DNA from: Escherichia coli
Lineage (GTDB): Bacteria > Pseudomonadota > Gammaproteobacteria > Enterobacterales > Enterobacteriaceae
Reading direction: 5' to 3' (one strand)
Length of the DNA stretch: 64,000 bases
NCBI RefSeq assembly: GCF_003019035.1
Contig: NZ_CP027447.1
The number at the start of each line of letters is the position of its first letter. Within the stretch, counting starts at the first letter, position 1. The position numbers were made by a program, and so were the translations under genes. The notes below the pieces were generated by a model, which saw nothing but the letters and a program-made list of their open reading frames with translations, did no database searches and was not told the origin of the DNA. Shown here one piece after another: positions 1 through 12,064 of this stretch.

Positions 1-127
1 GACACATCATCAGTATTTTGCCGCAGTATAACATGAAGGCGTCTTTGTTGTTATGCAACGGTTGGAGCAGCGTTCACCTGACGCTATACTGCTTCTCTTT
101 CTTATTGCTCAAACTGTCGACATCACT

Positions 128-919
128 ATGCCCGTTTTTGCTCTGCTCGCGCTTGTCGCCTACTCCGTCAGTCTTGCGCTGATTGTTCCCGGTCTGCTGC
201 AAAAAAACGGCGGCTGGCGGCGCATGGCTATTATTTCTGCGGTCATTGCGCTGGTCTGCCACGCAATCGCTCTGGAAGCCCGCATCCTGCCCGACGGTGA
301 TAGCGGACAAAACCTCAGCCTGCTGAACGTTGGTTCATTGGTCAGTTTGATGATCTGTACGGTAATGACCATTGTGGCTTCTCGCAATCGTGGCTGGTTG
401 CTGCTACCCATTGTCTATGCCTTTGCGCTTATCAACCTGGCGCTGGCGACCTTCATGCCCAATGAATACATAACCCATCTGGAAGCAACGCCTGGGATGC
501 TGGTGCACATTGGCTTATCGCTCTTTTCCTATGCCACGCTAATTATCGCCGCCCTGTACGCGCTGCAACTGGCGTGGATTGATTACCAACTGAAGAACAA
601 GAAACTGGCGTTTAACCAGGAAATGCCGCCATTGATGAGTATCGAGCGTAAAATGTTCCACATCACGCAGATTGGCGTGGTGCTGCTAACGCTCACGCTT
701 TGCACTGGCCTGTTCTACATGCACAACTTATTTAGCATGGAAAATATCGACAAGGCCGTGCTCTCTATCGTGGCGTGGTTTGTCTATATTGTGCTGCTGT
801 GGGGACATTATCATGAAGGATGGCGTGGACGCCGCGTCGTCTGGTTTAACGTTGCGGGTGCAGTCATTCTGACACTGGCCTACTTCGGCAGCCGAATTGT
901 CCAGCAGTTAATCAGCTAA
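128..919 (+). CDS. ypjD: inner membrane protein YpjD (cytochrome c assembly-like family)
   Basis: ORF 53..919; translation from MPVFALLALVAYSV matches remembered E. coli YpjD (263 aa). ATG at 128 chosen over the upstream alternative start of the ORF track. Confidence 0.85.
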   Translation: MPVFALLALVAYSVSLALIVPGLLQKNGGWRRMAIISAVIALVCHAIALEARILPDGDSGQNLSLLNVGSLVSLMICTVMTIVASRNRGWLLLPIVYAFALINLALATFMPNEYITHLEATPGMLVHIGLSLFSYATLIIAALYALQLAWIDYQLKNKKLAFNQEMPPLMSIERKMFHITQIGVVLLTLTLCTGLFYMHNLFSMENIDKAVLSIVAWFVYIVLLWGHYHEGWRGRRVVWFNVAGAVILTLAYFGSRIVQQLIS

Positions 920-963
920 ACCCAGAAAAGGAGTTTCCCCTGGAACACATTTCTACTACTACG

Positions 964-2226
964 TTGATCATTATTCTGATCATCATGGTGGTCATTTCAG
1001 CCTATTTTTCCGGGTCCGAAACCGGAATGATGACCCTCAACCGCTATCGTCTGCGACATATGGCGAAACAGGGTAATCGCTCGGCCAAACGCGTCGAAAA
1101 ATTGCTGCGTAAGCCAGACCGCCTGATTAGCCTGGTGTTAATCGGCAATAACCTGGTCAATATTCTTGCCTCCGCGCTCGGCACTATTGTTGGGATGCGT
1201 TTGTACGGCGATGCGGGCGTGGCAATTGCAACTGGTGTGCTGACTTTTGTCGTACTGGTATTTGCTGAGGTATTGCCGAAAACCATTGCCGCGCTGTACC
1301 CGGAAAAAGTCGCTTATCCGAGTAGTTTTCTGCTGGCTCCGCTGCAAATTTTGATGATGCCGCTGGTCTGGTTGCTGAATGCTATCACCCGTATGCTGAT
1401 GCGCATGATGGGTATCAAAACCGATATCGTGGTTAGCGGCTCTTTGAGCAAAGAAGAGTTGCGCACCATCGTGCACGAATCGCGCTCACAAATTTCCCGT
1501 CGCAATCAGGATATGCTGCTTTCGGTACTCGATCTGGAAAAGATGACCGTCGATGACATCATGGTGCCGCGCAGTGAAATTATCGGTATTGATATCAACG
1601 ATGACTGGAAATCGATTCTGCGCCAACTCTCCCACTCACCTCACGGACGTATCGTGCTCTACCGTGACTCGCTGGACGATGCCATCAGTATGCTGCGAGT
1701 ACGTGAAGCCTGGCGACTCATGTCGGAGAAAAAAGAGTTCACCAAAGAGACGATGCTGCGTGCTGCGGACGAAATCTATTTTGTCCCGGAAGGTACGCCG
1801 CTCAGCACGCAGTTGGTGAAGTTTCAGCGCAACAAAAAGAAAGTCGGCCTGGTCGTCAACGAGTACGGAGACATTCAGGGGCTGGTGACGGTTGAAGATA
1901 TTCTGGAAGAGATTGTCGGCGATTTCACTACGTCGATGTCGCCAACACTTGCCGAAGAGGTCACGCCGCAAAACGACGGGTCGGTAATTATCGATGGCAC
2001 CGCCAACGTGCGAGAAATTAACAAAGCCTTTAACTGGCATCTACCGGAAGATGATGCTCGTACTGTTAACGGCGTCATTCTGGAAGCGCTGGAGGAGATC
2101 CCGGTAGCAGGCACCCGCGTGCGTATTGGCGAGTACGATATCGATATTCTCGACGTACAGGACAATATGATTAAGCAGGTAAAAGTTTTTCCTGTAAAAC
2201 CGCTGCGCGAGAGTGTGGCGGAGTAA
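964..2226 (+). CDS. yfjD: CNNM/CorC-family membrane protein (DUF21-CBS-CorC domains)
   Basis: 420-aa ORF; N-terminal multi-TM region and CBS/CorC-type C-terminus; position between ypjD and grpE as in K-12. ORF-track start at 964 is TTG; a GGAG Shine-Dalgarno at 928-931 is better spaced for the in-frame CTG at 940, so the true start is uncertain. Confidence 0.85.
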   Translation: MIIILIIMVVISAYFSGSETGMMTLNRYRLRHMAKQGNRSAKRVEKLLRKPDRLISLVLIGNNLVNILASALGTIVGMRLYGDAGVAIATGVLTFVVLVFAEVLPKTIAALYPEKVAYPSSFLLAPLQILMMPLVWLLNAITRMLMRMMGIKTDIVVSGSLSKEELRTIVHESRSQISRRNQDMLLSVLDLEKMTVDDIMVPRSEIIGIDINDDWKSILRQLSHSPHGRIVLYRDSLDDAISMLRVREAWRLMSEKKEFTKETMLRAADEIYFVPEGTPLSTQLVKFQRNKKKVGLVVNEYGDIQGLVTVEDILEEIVGDFTTSMSPTLAEEVTPQNDGSVIIDGTANVREINKAFNWHLPEDDARTVNGVILEALEEIPVAGTRVRIGEYDIDILDVQDNMIKQVKVFPVKPLRESVAE

Positions 2227-2280
2227 CGAAAACGGCCCGGCATTCGCATGCTGGGCCGTGATTTATTACGAAAGCAGAAA

Positions 2281-3876
<1,596 letters not shown>

Positions 3877-3893
3877 TTTTACGCCAGCCTCTT

Positions 3894-3935
3894 TACTGTA
3901 TATAAAACCAGTTTATACTGTACACAATAACAGTA
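3894..3935 (+). promoter_or_regulatory. two LexA (SOS) boxes in the recN promoter
   Basis: TACTGTATATAAAACCAGTT (3894-3913) and TACTGTACACAATAACAGTA (3916-3935) fit the CTGT-N8-ACAG consensus, directly upstream of recN. Confidence 0.75.
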
Positions 3936-3961
3936 ATGGTTTTTCATACAGGAAAACAACT

Positions 3962-5623
3962 ATGTTGGCACAACTGACCATCAGCAACTTTGCTATCGTT
4001 CGTGAGCTTGAGATTGATTTTCATAGCGGCATGACCGTAATAACTGGCGAGACCGGCGCGGGTAAATCTATTGCAATAGATGCCCTCGGTCTTTGTCTCG
4101 GTGGTCGCGCTGAAGCCGACATGGTGCGTACCGGCGCTGCTCGCGCTGACCTGTGCGCCCGTTTTTCTCTGAAAGATACGCCAGCGGCCCTGCGCTGGCT
4201 GGAAGAAAACCAGCTTGAAGACGGGCATGAATGTTTGCTTCGTCGCGTAATCAGCAGCGATGGTCGCTCCCGTGGTTTTATCAACGGTACAGCGGTTCCT
4301 CTTTCACAACTGCGCGAACTGGGTCAGTTGCTGATTCAGATCCATGGTCAGCACGCTCATCAGTTACTCACCAAACCCGAGCACCAAAAATTCCTGCTTG
4401 ATGGCTATGCCAATGAAACCTCTCTACTCCAGGAAATGACCGCACGTTATCAGTTGTGGCATCAAAGCTGCCGTGACCTCGCGCATCATCAACAGTTAAG
4501 TCAGGAACGCGCCGCCCGTGCAGAACTGCTGCAATACCAATTAAAAGAACTTAACGAATTTAATCCGCAGCCCGGAGAGTTTGAGCAAATCGACGAAGAG
4601 TACAAACGTCTGGCGAACAGCGGTCAATTGCTGACTACCAGCCAGAATGCATTGGCAGTAATGGCCGACGGTGAAGACGCAAACCTGCAAAGTCAGCTTT
4701 ACACGGCTAAACAACTGGTGAGCGAATTGATTGGCATGGACAGCAAACTGTCCGGCGTACTTGATATGCTGGAAGAAGCTACCATCCAGATTGCTGAAGC
4801 CAGCGATGAACTGCGCCACTACTGCGATCGTCTGGATCTCGATCCCAACCGACTGTTTGAACTTGAACAGCGCATCTCAAGACAGATTTCGCTGGCACGT
4901 AAACATCACGTCAGCCCTGAGGCATTGCCACAGTATTACCAGTCGCTACTGGAAGAACAGCAGCAACTGGACGATCAGGCCGACTCACAAGAAACGCTCG
5001 CGCTGGCGGTAACGAAACATCATCAGCAGGCACTGGAAACGGCGCGCGCGTTACACCAGCAACGCCAGCACTATGCAGAAGAACTTGCACAGCTGATCAC
5101 CGACAGTATGCATGCACTCTCTATGCCGCATGGGCAGTTTACGATCGATGTTAAATTTGACGAGCATCACCTGGGCGCTGACGGCGCTGATCGTATTGAG
5201 TTTCGGGTAACCACCAACCCAGGTCAGCCAATGCAGCCTATTGCCAAAGTCGCATCCGGTGGTGAATTGTCCCGCATCGCATTGGCAATTCAGGTCATCA
5301 CAGCGCGTAAAATGGAAACCCCGGCACTGATTTTTGATGAAGTGGATGTAGGGATTAGCGGTCCAACAGCGGCAGTTGTCGGCAAACTGCTGCGTCAACT
5401 CGGCGAATCAACTCAGGTGATGTGTGTTACCCACCTGCCACAAGTCGCGGGATGTGGTCATCAACACTATTTTGTCAGCAAAGAAACCGATGGTGCGATG
5501 ACAGAAACGCATATGGAGTCGCTGGACAAAAAAGCGCGGTTACAAGAGCTGGCGCGCCTGCTTGGTGGCAGTGAAGTCACACGTAACACACTGGCGAATG
5601 CGAAAGAACTGCTTGCGGCGTAA
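3962..5623 (+). CDS. recN: DNA repair protein RecN
   Basis: 553-aa ORF; Walker A GETGAGKS near N-terminus, long coiled-coil middle, C-terminal SMC-like signature; matches E. coli RecN. Confidence 0.95.
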   Translation: MLAQLTISNFAIVRELEIDFHSGMTVITGETGAGKSIAIDALGLCLGGRAEADMVRTGAARADLCARFSLKDTPAALRWLEENQLEDGHECLLRRVISSDGRSRGFINGTAVPLSQLRELGQLLIQIHGQHAHQLLTKPEHQKFLLDGYANETSLLQEMTARYQLWHQSCRDLAHHQQLSQERAARAELLQYQLKELNEFNPQPGEFEQIDEEYKRLANSGQLLTTSQNALAVMADGEDANLQSQLYTAKQLVSELIGMDSKLSGVLDMLEEATIQIAEASDELRHYCDRLDLDPNRLFELEQRISRQISLARKHHVSPEALPQYYQSLLEEQQQLDDQADSQETLALAVTKHHQQALETARALHQQRQHYAEELAQLITDSMHALSMPHGQFTIDVKFDEHHLGADGADRIEFRVTTNPGQPMQPIAKVASGGELSRIALAIQVITARKMETPALIFDEVDVGISGPTAAVVGKLLRQLGESTQVMCVTHLPQVAGCGHQHYFVSKETDGAMTETHMESLDKKARLQELARLLGGSEVTRNTLANAKELLAA

Positions 5624-5771
5624 ACTTTTTTCCTGCTTCACGGTCAGAGTAAACAGCAAAACGCCGTAAGACCGGAAAGCAAAAGGTTTTAAAGTGATGA
5701 AAGGTCTATTATCATCGGCATATTACAGATGAGCCACGTACTGCTCGGGCCCGAAAAGGAATCAAATCACT

Positions 5772-6113
5772 ATGCGCTGTAAAACGCTGACTGCTGCAGC
5801 AGCAGTACTATTGATGTTGACCGCAGGCTGTTCCACTCTGGAGCGAGTGGTTTACCGTCCTGACATCAACCAGGGGAACTATCTGACCGCTAACGACGTA
5901 TCCAAAATACGTGTTGGCATGACGCAACAACAAGTTGCGTACGCATTGGGTACACCGCTGATGTCCGATCCATTTGGTACGAATACCTGGTTCTATGTCT
6001 TCCGCCAGCAACCAGGTCATGAAGGTGTAACGCAGCAAACGCTGACGCTGACCTTTAATAGTAGCGGGGTGTTGACCAATATTGATAATAAACCTGCGCT
6101 GAGTGGTAACTAA
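5772..6113 (+). CDS. bamE: outer membrane protein assembly factor BamE (SmpA) lipoprotein
   Basis: 113 aa; signal peptide with lipobox LTAGC; matches E. coli BamE. Confidence 0.9.
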
Positions 6114-6139
6114 TAATAAAGTTGCTCTCAAAGACGTTA

Positions 6140-6168
6140 AAAAAGGTGCTCAATGAGCACCTTTTTTC
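6140..6168. terminator. bidirectional rho-independent terminator between bamE and ratB
   Basis: Hairpin AGGTGCTC-aatg-GAGCACCT flanked by an A-run and a T-run. Confidence 0.6.
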
Positions 6169-6174
6169 TGTCTG

Positions 6175-6465
6175 TTATTTATTCGCTGATTTTTCTGCTC
6201 GTTGCCTGCGCAGCTCTTTCGGATCGGCAATGAGAGGACGATAAATCTCCACCCGATCGCCATCATGCACGGTATCGCTCAGTTTGGCCGGACGGCTGTA
6301 AATGCCGACTTTGTTTTTAGTTAAATTGATATCGGTACGCAATTCCAGCAAGCCACTGGCACGAATAGCTTCTTCAACCGTCGCACCCTCCTGCAGCGTC
6401 ACGCGCTGCAGGTACTGCTTCTCAGGTAGCGCATAAGCCACCTCAACGGCAATTTTACCTGGCAC
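6175..6465 (-). CDS. ratB: UPF0125 protein RatB (YfjF)
   Basis: Translation [22 protein letters not shown]...; GTG start at 6463-6465 (cac on + strand); 96 aa; overlaps ratA stop by 11 nt. Confidence 0.8.
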   Translation of the reverse strand: MPGKIAVEVAYALPEKQYLQRVTLQEGATVEEAIRASGLLELRTDINLTKNKVGIYSRPAKLSDTVHDGDRVEIYRPLIADPKELRRQRAEKSANK

Positions 6466-6931
6466 TGTAAACCTCTTTCGCACGAACCGTAAAAGCCTGG
6501 ACCATATTAGCCGCCAGCTCTTTAAACACGCGACCAAAGGCGAGTTCAATCAACTTATTGGTAAACTCAAAGTCGAGATGAAACTCGATACGACACGCCT
6601 CCTGGCTCAGCGGCGTAAACTTCCATCCACCGATCAATTTCTTGAACGGCCCATCTACCAGATTCATAAGAATACTTTGGTTACTGGTCAACTGGTTGCG
6701 GGTAGTAAACGTTTTGCTGATCCCAGCCTTAGAGACATCTACCGCCGCAGTCATCTGCCCAGGAGTGGACTCCAGAATCCGACTTCCGGTACAACCCGGC
6801 AAAAACTGAGGATAAGACTGAACGTCATTCACTAACTGATACATTTGCTCCGCGCTGTAGGGTACCAGTGCGGTCCGGCTAATCTGAGGCATAACAATTT
6901 CCATCAACAAAAATCCAACAAATAATATCAT
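6455..6931 (-). CDS. ratA: ribosome association toxin RatA (YfjG), SRPBCC/polyketide cyclase-like fold
   Basis: 158-aa ORF matching remembered E. coli RatA; conserved position between bamE and smpB. Confidence 0.85.
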   Translation of the reverse strand: MILFVGFLLMEIVMPQISRTALVPYSAEQMYQLVNDVQSYPQFLPGCTGSRILESTPGQMTAAVDVSKAGISKTFTTRNQLTSNQSILMNLVDGPFKKLIGGWKFTPLSQEACRIEFHLDFEFTNKLIELAFGRVFKELAANMVQAFTVRAKEVYSAR

Positions 6932-7062
6932 TTATCCTGCTGTAAAAAAAACGCTATCCCGGCGCTGGGTAACATCGGGTTCATGCTAAGATAGAGCCTT
7001 GTCCCCCGCAGGATTGATATGGGGTGTTTTCGATTTCAGATTACCGATGATTCACGACGCTT

Positions 7063-7545
7063 ATGACGAAGAAAAAAGCACATAAACCTGGTTCAGCGAC
7101 CATCGCGCTTAACAAGCGCGCCCGGCACGAATACTTTATCGAAGAAGAGTTCGAGGCGGGACTTGCCCTGCAAGGCTGGGAGGTTAAATCCCTGCGCGCA
7201 GGAAAAGCCAATATCAGCGACAGCTACGTCCTTCTGCGTGACGGAGAGGCATTTCTGTTTGGCGCTAACATCACGCCAATGGCTGTGGCCTCCACGCATG
7301 TGGTGTGCGATCCTACCCGTACCCGCAAGTTACTTCTCAACCAGCGCGAACTGGACTCATTGTACGGTCGCGTCAATCGAGAAGGCTATACCGTAGTGGC
7401 GCTCTCCCTGTACTGGAAAAATGCCTGGTGCAAAGTGAAAATCGGCGTCGCCAAAGGTAAGAAACAGCATGATAAACGTTCAGATATCAAAGAACGCGAA
7501 TGGCAGGTGGATAAAGCGCGTATCATGAAAAACGCCCACCGTTAA
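7063..7545 (+). CDS. smpB: SsrA-binding protein SmpB
   Basis: 160 aa; translation [28 protein letters not shown]... matches E. coli SmpB. Confidence 0.95.
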
Positions 7546-7759
7546 ACCTGCACTCCAATTATTGACCCGCTCCTCACCGCGCCTCCCTCTCCGGCGGCGC
7601 GAATGCACATCTTATTGGCTATCACATCCGACACAAATGTTGCCATCCCATTGCTTAATCGAATAAAAATCAGGCTACATGGGTGCTAAATCTTTAACGA
7701 TAACGCCATTGAGGCTGGTCATGGCACTCATGAATCTGGTATACTTACCGTTACACATT

Positions 7760-8122
7760 GGGGCTGATTCTGGATTCGACGGGATTTGCGAAACCCAAGG
7801 TGCATGCCGAGGGGCGGTTGGCCTCGTAAAAAGCCGCAAAAAATAGTCGCAAACGACGAAAACTACGCTTTAGCAGCTTAATAACCTGCTTAGAGCCCTC
7901 TCTCCCTAGCCTCCGCTCTTAGGACGGGGATCAAGAGAGGTCAAACCCAAAAGAGATCGCGTGGAAGCCCTGCCTGGGGTTGAAGCGTTAAAACTTAATC
8001 AGGCTAGTTTGTTAGTGGCGTGTCCGTCCGCAGCTGGCAAGCGAATGTAAAGACTGACTAAGCATGTAGTACCGAGGATGTAGGAATTTCGGACGCGGGT
8101 TCAACTCCCGCCAGCTCCACCA
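7760..8122 (+). ncRNA. ssrA: tmRNA (SsrA, 10Sa RNA)
   Basis: 363 nt from GGGGCTGATTCTGGATTCGACGGG to GGTTCAACTCCCGCCAGCTCCACCA; contains the tag-peptide ORF region (GCAAACGACGAAAACTACGCTTTAGCAGCTTAA) and a tRNA-like 3' end. Confidence 0.95.
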
Positions 8123-8158
8123 CTTTTTAGTAAAATGACGTCTACTAAAGTCTACTAA

Positions 8159-8190
8159 GGCCGCATACCACAAGGGTTTGCGGCCTTTTT
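8159..8190 (+). terminator. rho-independent terminator downstream of ssrA
   Basis: Hairpin GGCCGCA-taccacaagggtt-TGCGGCC followed by TTTTT. Confidence 0.6.
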
Positions 8191-8289
8191 CATGTCCAGT
8201 GAAGTCTACTGAGAATTGCTAGAAACCACTCCTTATGGCACCCTCCTATTATCCCTCGTCGATGAGGGAGTAAAAACGAGGGAGCAAAA

Positions 8290-9522
8290 ATGCCAAAGGT
8301 AGCAACAAAACTCACTGACACAGAGATCAAAAAGGCCAAGCCCACAGAGAAAGAGTTCACGCTATGGGATGGAGATGGCTTGTTCCTGCGCATCAAACCA
8401 AGTGGCAAAAAAATCTGGCACCTCGGCTATACCGTTCCATTAACCAAGAAACGGGCCAAAATGAGTCTTGGGTTCTATCCCTACCTGACACTTGCTCAAG
8501 CAAGAGCGCTACGGGATGAATACCTCTCTTTGCTTGCACAGGGTATCGATCCCCAATCCCACAATGAGCAAAAAGCCCAAGCGCTTAAAGATGCCACTGA
8601 ACACACATTCCAGACTGTAGCGAAAAAATGGCTTGATGAAAAAATTAAAACATCAGGCATATCGCAAGATCATGCTAAGGATATCTGGCGTAGCCTTGAA
8701 CGGAACATCTTTCCTACTTTAGGGGATGTTCCCATTAAAGAGATCCGCCCTAAAATGTTAAAACAACACCTTGACCCCATAGAACAAAGGGGCGTACTCG
8801 AAACCTTGCGACGTATAATTTCCCGACTTAATGAAATTTTCCGCTATGCCGCGACAGAAGAACTCATTGAGTTCAACCCCGCTGACAACCTTATCCAACG
8901 TTTTAGTAAACCCAAAAAGCAAAATATGCCTGCGTTGCCGCCAGATGAACTACCCCGTTTCATGACAGCATTATCAAACGCATCTATACGCTTAGAAACA
9001 CGTCTACTAATTGAATGGCAACTTCTTACTTGGGTTCGTCCCGGTGAAGCTGTACGCGCTCGCTGGACTGACATAGACGAAGAAAGCAAGTATTGGAACA
9101 TTCCATCCGATTTCATGAAGATGAAACGTCCTCATAAGGTTCCATTGAGCAAAGAAGCTATACGTATTCTTGAATCCATGAAACCAATCAGCGGTCATCG
9201 TGAGTGGGTTTTCCCCAGCATAAAAAATCCTTTAACACATATGCACGAGCAAACTGCCAACGCCGCATTAATCCGAATGGGCTTAGGTGGAGAACTCGTA
9301 GCACATGGCATGCGTTCTATTGCAAGAACAGCAGCAGAAGAAGCAGGAAAATTTAGGACAGAAGTTCTTGAAGCGGCTCTCGCCCACTCAAAAAAAGATG
9401 AAATCATTGCTGCTTATAACCGTACAGAATATTTAGTCGAGCGTGTCGAGTTAATGCAATGGTGGAGTGATTATCTCCAAATACAAAAATATAAGTCTTT
9501 AACAACTCTGATCGCCAGCTAA
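8290..9522 (+). CDS. P4-family tyrosine integrase (IntA-like, but not the CP4-57 IntA sequence)
   Basis: 410 aa; N-terminal LTDTEIKKAKP...LWDGDGLFLRIKPSGKK arm-binding-type domain typical of P4-like integrases; C-terminal AHGMRSIARTAAEE...LAHS catalytic region; sits immediately 3' of ssrA. Confidence 0.85.
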   Translation: MPKVATKLTDTEIKKAKPTEKEFTLWDGDGLFLRIKPSGKKIWHLGYTVPLTKKRAKMSLGFYPYLTLAQARALRDEYLSLLAQGIDPQSHNEQKAQALKDATEHTFQTVAKKWLDEKIKTSGISQDHAKDIWRSLERNIFPTLGDVPIKEIRPKMLKQHLDPIEQRGVLETLRRIISRLNEIFRYAATEELIEFNPADNLIQRFSKPKKQNMPALPPDELPRFMTALSNASIRLETRLLIEWQLLTWVRPGEAVRARWTDIDEESKYWNIPSDFMKMKRPHKVPLSKEAIRILESMKPISGHREWVFPSIKNPLTHMHEQTANAALIRMGLGGELVAHGMRSIARTAAEEAGKFRTEVLEAALAHSKKDEIIAAYNRTEYLVERVELMQWWSDYLQIQKYKSLTTLIAS

Positions 9523-9679
9523 TCCTACAATCAACCCAATATCAGAAGCTGGCTTTAGTAGGGATACTTCCATTTTTCTGATATTGTATTACCATGTAGC
9601 TGAAAGTCAGATACCAAGTAGAAAAACACATTTTTATGTATGCTTTATCGAATAAAACATTAACCAAATAGGGGGACTA

Positions 9680-10399
9680 ATGGAAGATTTAGTTTGTAGT
9701 TGGTCACCAAAGCTGATCGTTGATCTTATAAAAAGTATCGCTTGGCCAGTAGTCGTCCTTCTCATCGGCTTCAGTTTTCGAACTCGAATTTTTGAAGTGG
9801 CACGTTCATTTTTTTCTAAAAACACAGTTTCAGAAATATCAGCTACAGTATCAGGTGTATCGGCAAAATTTGTGACAGCAAAGCAAACAACTGAAGTATT
9901 AGAAAGTGCTAGTACCAATGCAGCGAATTTACCAAAGAGTATGAGTATTGAGGCTATAAGAGCGCGACATGAACAGCATAAAACAGAATTCAGCGAAGAG
10001 TTATATCAATCAATAATTAAACATGCTTCCTCTTTAGATATTAATAATGATGAAAAAGTCAAAATTCTGGCACGTGAATTGTCTATTTATCAAGCTATAA
10101 TACGATATATTGACATTAATAAGATATTATTTCGCTCACAATACAATTTATTTTGTTCTATAAATAGTAATGGTGGTCAAATAAATAAAGAAGACGCCAA
10201 TCTTTTTTTTGAGGCGACCAAGAACAACAATAAAGAAGCATTCTCCGATTGGGATTGGATTAAATATATTGCCTATCCTGTTAGTAATAGCCTTATCTAT
10301 GAAGATAATAATTTTTATAAACTTACAGAGTTGGGAAGATCGTATATAGCTTTTATGTCAAAAAATCCACAACTAATCGACGAACTTGCAAAATTATAG
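9680..10399 (+). CDS. hypothetical membrane-anchored protein (island cargo)
   Basis: 239-aa ORF, AT-rich codon usage, one N-terminal hydrophobic segment (IAWPVVVLLIGFSF); no recognisable family motif. Confidence 0.5.
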   Translation: MEDLVCSWSPKLIVDLIKSIAWPVVVLLIGFSFRTRIFEVARSFFSKNTVSEISATVSGVSAKFVTAKQTTEVLESASTNAANLPKSMSIEAIRARHEQHKTEFSEELYQSIIKHASSLDINNDEKVKILARELSIYQAIIRYIDINKILFRSQYNLFCSINSNGGQINKEDANLFFEATKNNNKEAFSDWDWIKYIAYPVSNSLIYEDNNFYKLTELGRSYIAFMSKNPQLIDELAKL

Positions 10400-10629
10400 T
10401 AGGGAATAATATTAAACCCTACTCAATGACTGTTTCAGATCTTGGTTCTGTATCCCATAAATGATCAGGTAAAGTCTAAGCGAATAGCGTTTAACAGGTG
10501 GGATGACTCACTACGTGAACCACCCACCTATAAAAAGGGTTTTTCTTCTGGTGAGTTGTCAATAAAAATGAAGGTTTCCACCTTTCATGCGGACCCTCCT
10601 TAATTTTTTTTGACAAGTTGAGATCGAGA

Positions 10630-11082
10630 CTATTTATCATTACGTTTTTTCATAAAATATTTATAACGTTCATCAGCTTCTTTTTGAAACTTTTCAGCGT
10701 CAAACGTATCAGTTTCTATTTTTATTTTTTGTTTTACCGCTTCATCTAATCTTTTATTTTCTTTCAATCTTTCTTTTTCTACTAATATAAGTTTATAGTA
10801 TTTTAGCTTAATATTAAAACTTGCTTTTGCTAACTCCTTAGCGTCAAAACCTATATTGTATTTTTTAAGAAGTTTCAATATATAATCTATAGTCATTTTT
10901 TTCACTTCCTTTTTTATTTTTTCTTCATGCGCATCTTTTTTTATACTCCCACTTTTTAACCATTGCTTAAATTTATAGCCATTATAATGCTGCCATTGAT
11001 ATATTTCAGCGGCATACATCACCGACAACATACAAACAATAAAAAATACAACCATAAAAACCACACATATTAAATAATACAT
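10630..11082 (-). CDS. hypothetical membrane-anchored Lys-rich coiled-coil protein (last gene of operon)
   Basis: 150 aa; N-terminal TM helix (YYLICVVFMVVFFIVCMLSVMY) followed by a charged helical region; 1-nt gap to the upstream ORF. Confidence 0.5.
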   Translation of the reverse strand: MYYLICVVFMVVFFIVCMLSVMYAAEIYQWQHYNGYKFKQWLKSGSIKKDAHEEKIKKEVKKMTIDYILKLLKKYNIGFDAKELAKASFNIKLKYYKLILVEKERLKENKRLDEAVKQKIKIETDTFDAEKFQKEADERYKYFMKKRNDK

Positions 11083-11083
11083 A

Positions 11084-11320
11084 TCAGCCCCCGCCTTTCC
11101 TTCTATATTGTTCTTTTATTAATGCTACGTGATATTTTTTTGCGTTGCTTATACTTACATCAGCAGAGTTTCTAGCAGAAGCAAAAGCACTTGAAACAAC
11201 AGAAGCAATAATGGCAACTAAGAAAGCAGCAACAAAAAAACCCATCACTGGCCCCATAAAACTAGCCCCACCGTCATCTATTGCTGGTTTTGCTTTTGCT
11301 AATAATGATAATAGGCTCAT
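11084..11320 (-). CDS. hypothetical small membrane protein
   Basis: 78 aa; central hydrophobic segment PVMGFFVAAFLVAIIASVVSSAF; basic Gly-rich C-terminus. Confidence 0.5.
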   Translation of the reverse strand: MSLLSLLAKAKPAIDDGGASFMGPVMGFFVAAFLVAIIASVVSSAFASARNSADVSISNAKKYHVALIKEQYRRKGGG

Positions 11321-11730
11321 ATATTTCTCTCTTCTTCAATGTTTTTAATCGCTGTTTCTATTCTTTGTTTTACAAAGTCTCTAAACACATAACCTATTAT
11401 TCGCGCGTCTTCACATATATCTAACTCATCTTTTTTATGAAAATATAAATCAGCGCTTAAAAGCTCTTCGCTTTGAATATTTAACATTTTACTAGCAAGT
11501 GATATTCTAATAATATTTCGCACTTCTAAATCCAAGCTTGCTCTATCATGCTTATTCAAAAGCTGGAGCGGATGAAAATCTTTTTTTCTTTTCATTTCTT
11601 GCATATCATTATCAAAATCTATCATTAAAAAATGTAAGCAAGTAAAAGACGTATCATAGAAGTTTAAGCGGTTCATCATATCCGCCGTTCCCTCTTTTCG
11701 AGGGTTCGGGTTAGGTCTTAATTTATTCAT
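11317..11730 (-). CDS. hypothetical protein
   Basis: 137 aa; no recognisable motif; 4-nt overlap with the downstream ORF. Confidence 0.5.
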   Translation of the reverse strand: MNKLRPNPNPRKEGTADMMNRLNFYDTSFTCLHFLMIDFDNDMQEMKRKKDFHPLQLLNKHDRASLDLEVRNIIRISLASKMLNIQSEELLSADLYFHKKDELDICEDARIIGYVFRDFVKQRIETAIKNIEEERNI

Positions 11731-12064
11731 CTGCTTTACTCCTTTTCTTGTTGTTTTTTAGCTTCCATTCATTCAATCTTTTATCGCCTTCAACTTTTAA
11801 GAACTCACGCTGATCGTGTATTCTTTTCAGTATTAGATTATTAGTTAACGCTCCTACTAACAAAGAAATATCATTCGCAAAATCTAATGTCTCGATGTTA
11901 TTTTCTCTAACTATTCTTATTAGTTCAGCGCCGGCTTTTATTTTACGTGTCGTATCTTTTTTCCTTTCTTCTGCCTTCATTTCTTGCTCCATTCTATTCA
12001 ATAAGTTTGCTCTTTGCTCAATTTCTTTTTTTAATTTATTATATTTTTCTATATTAAACGCCAT
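11723..12064 (-). CDS. hypothetical coiled-coil, Lys/Glu-rich protein
   Basis: 113 aa; highly charged helical sequence; overlaps neighbours (12064/12054, 11730/11723). Confidence 0.5.
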   Translation of the reverse strand: MAFNIEKYNKLKKEIEQRANLLNRMEQEMKAEERKKDTTRKIKAGAELIRIVRENNIETLDFANDISLLVGALTNNLILKRIHDQREFLKVEGDKRLNEWKLKNNKKRSKADE

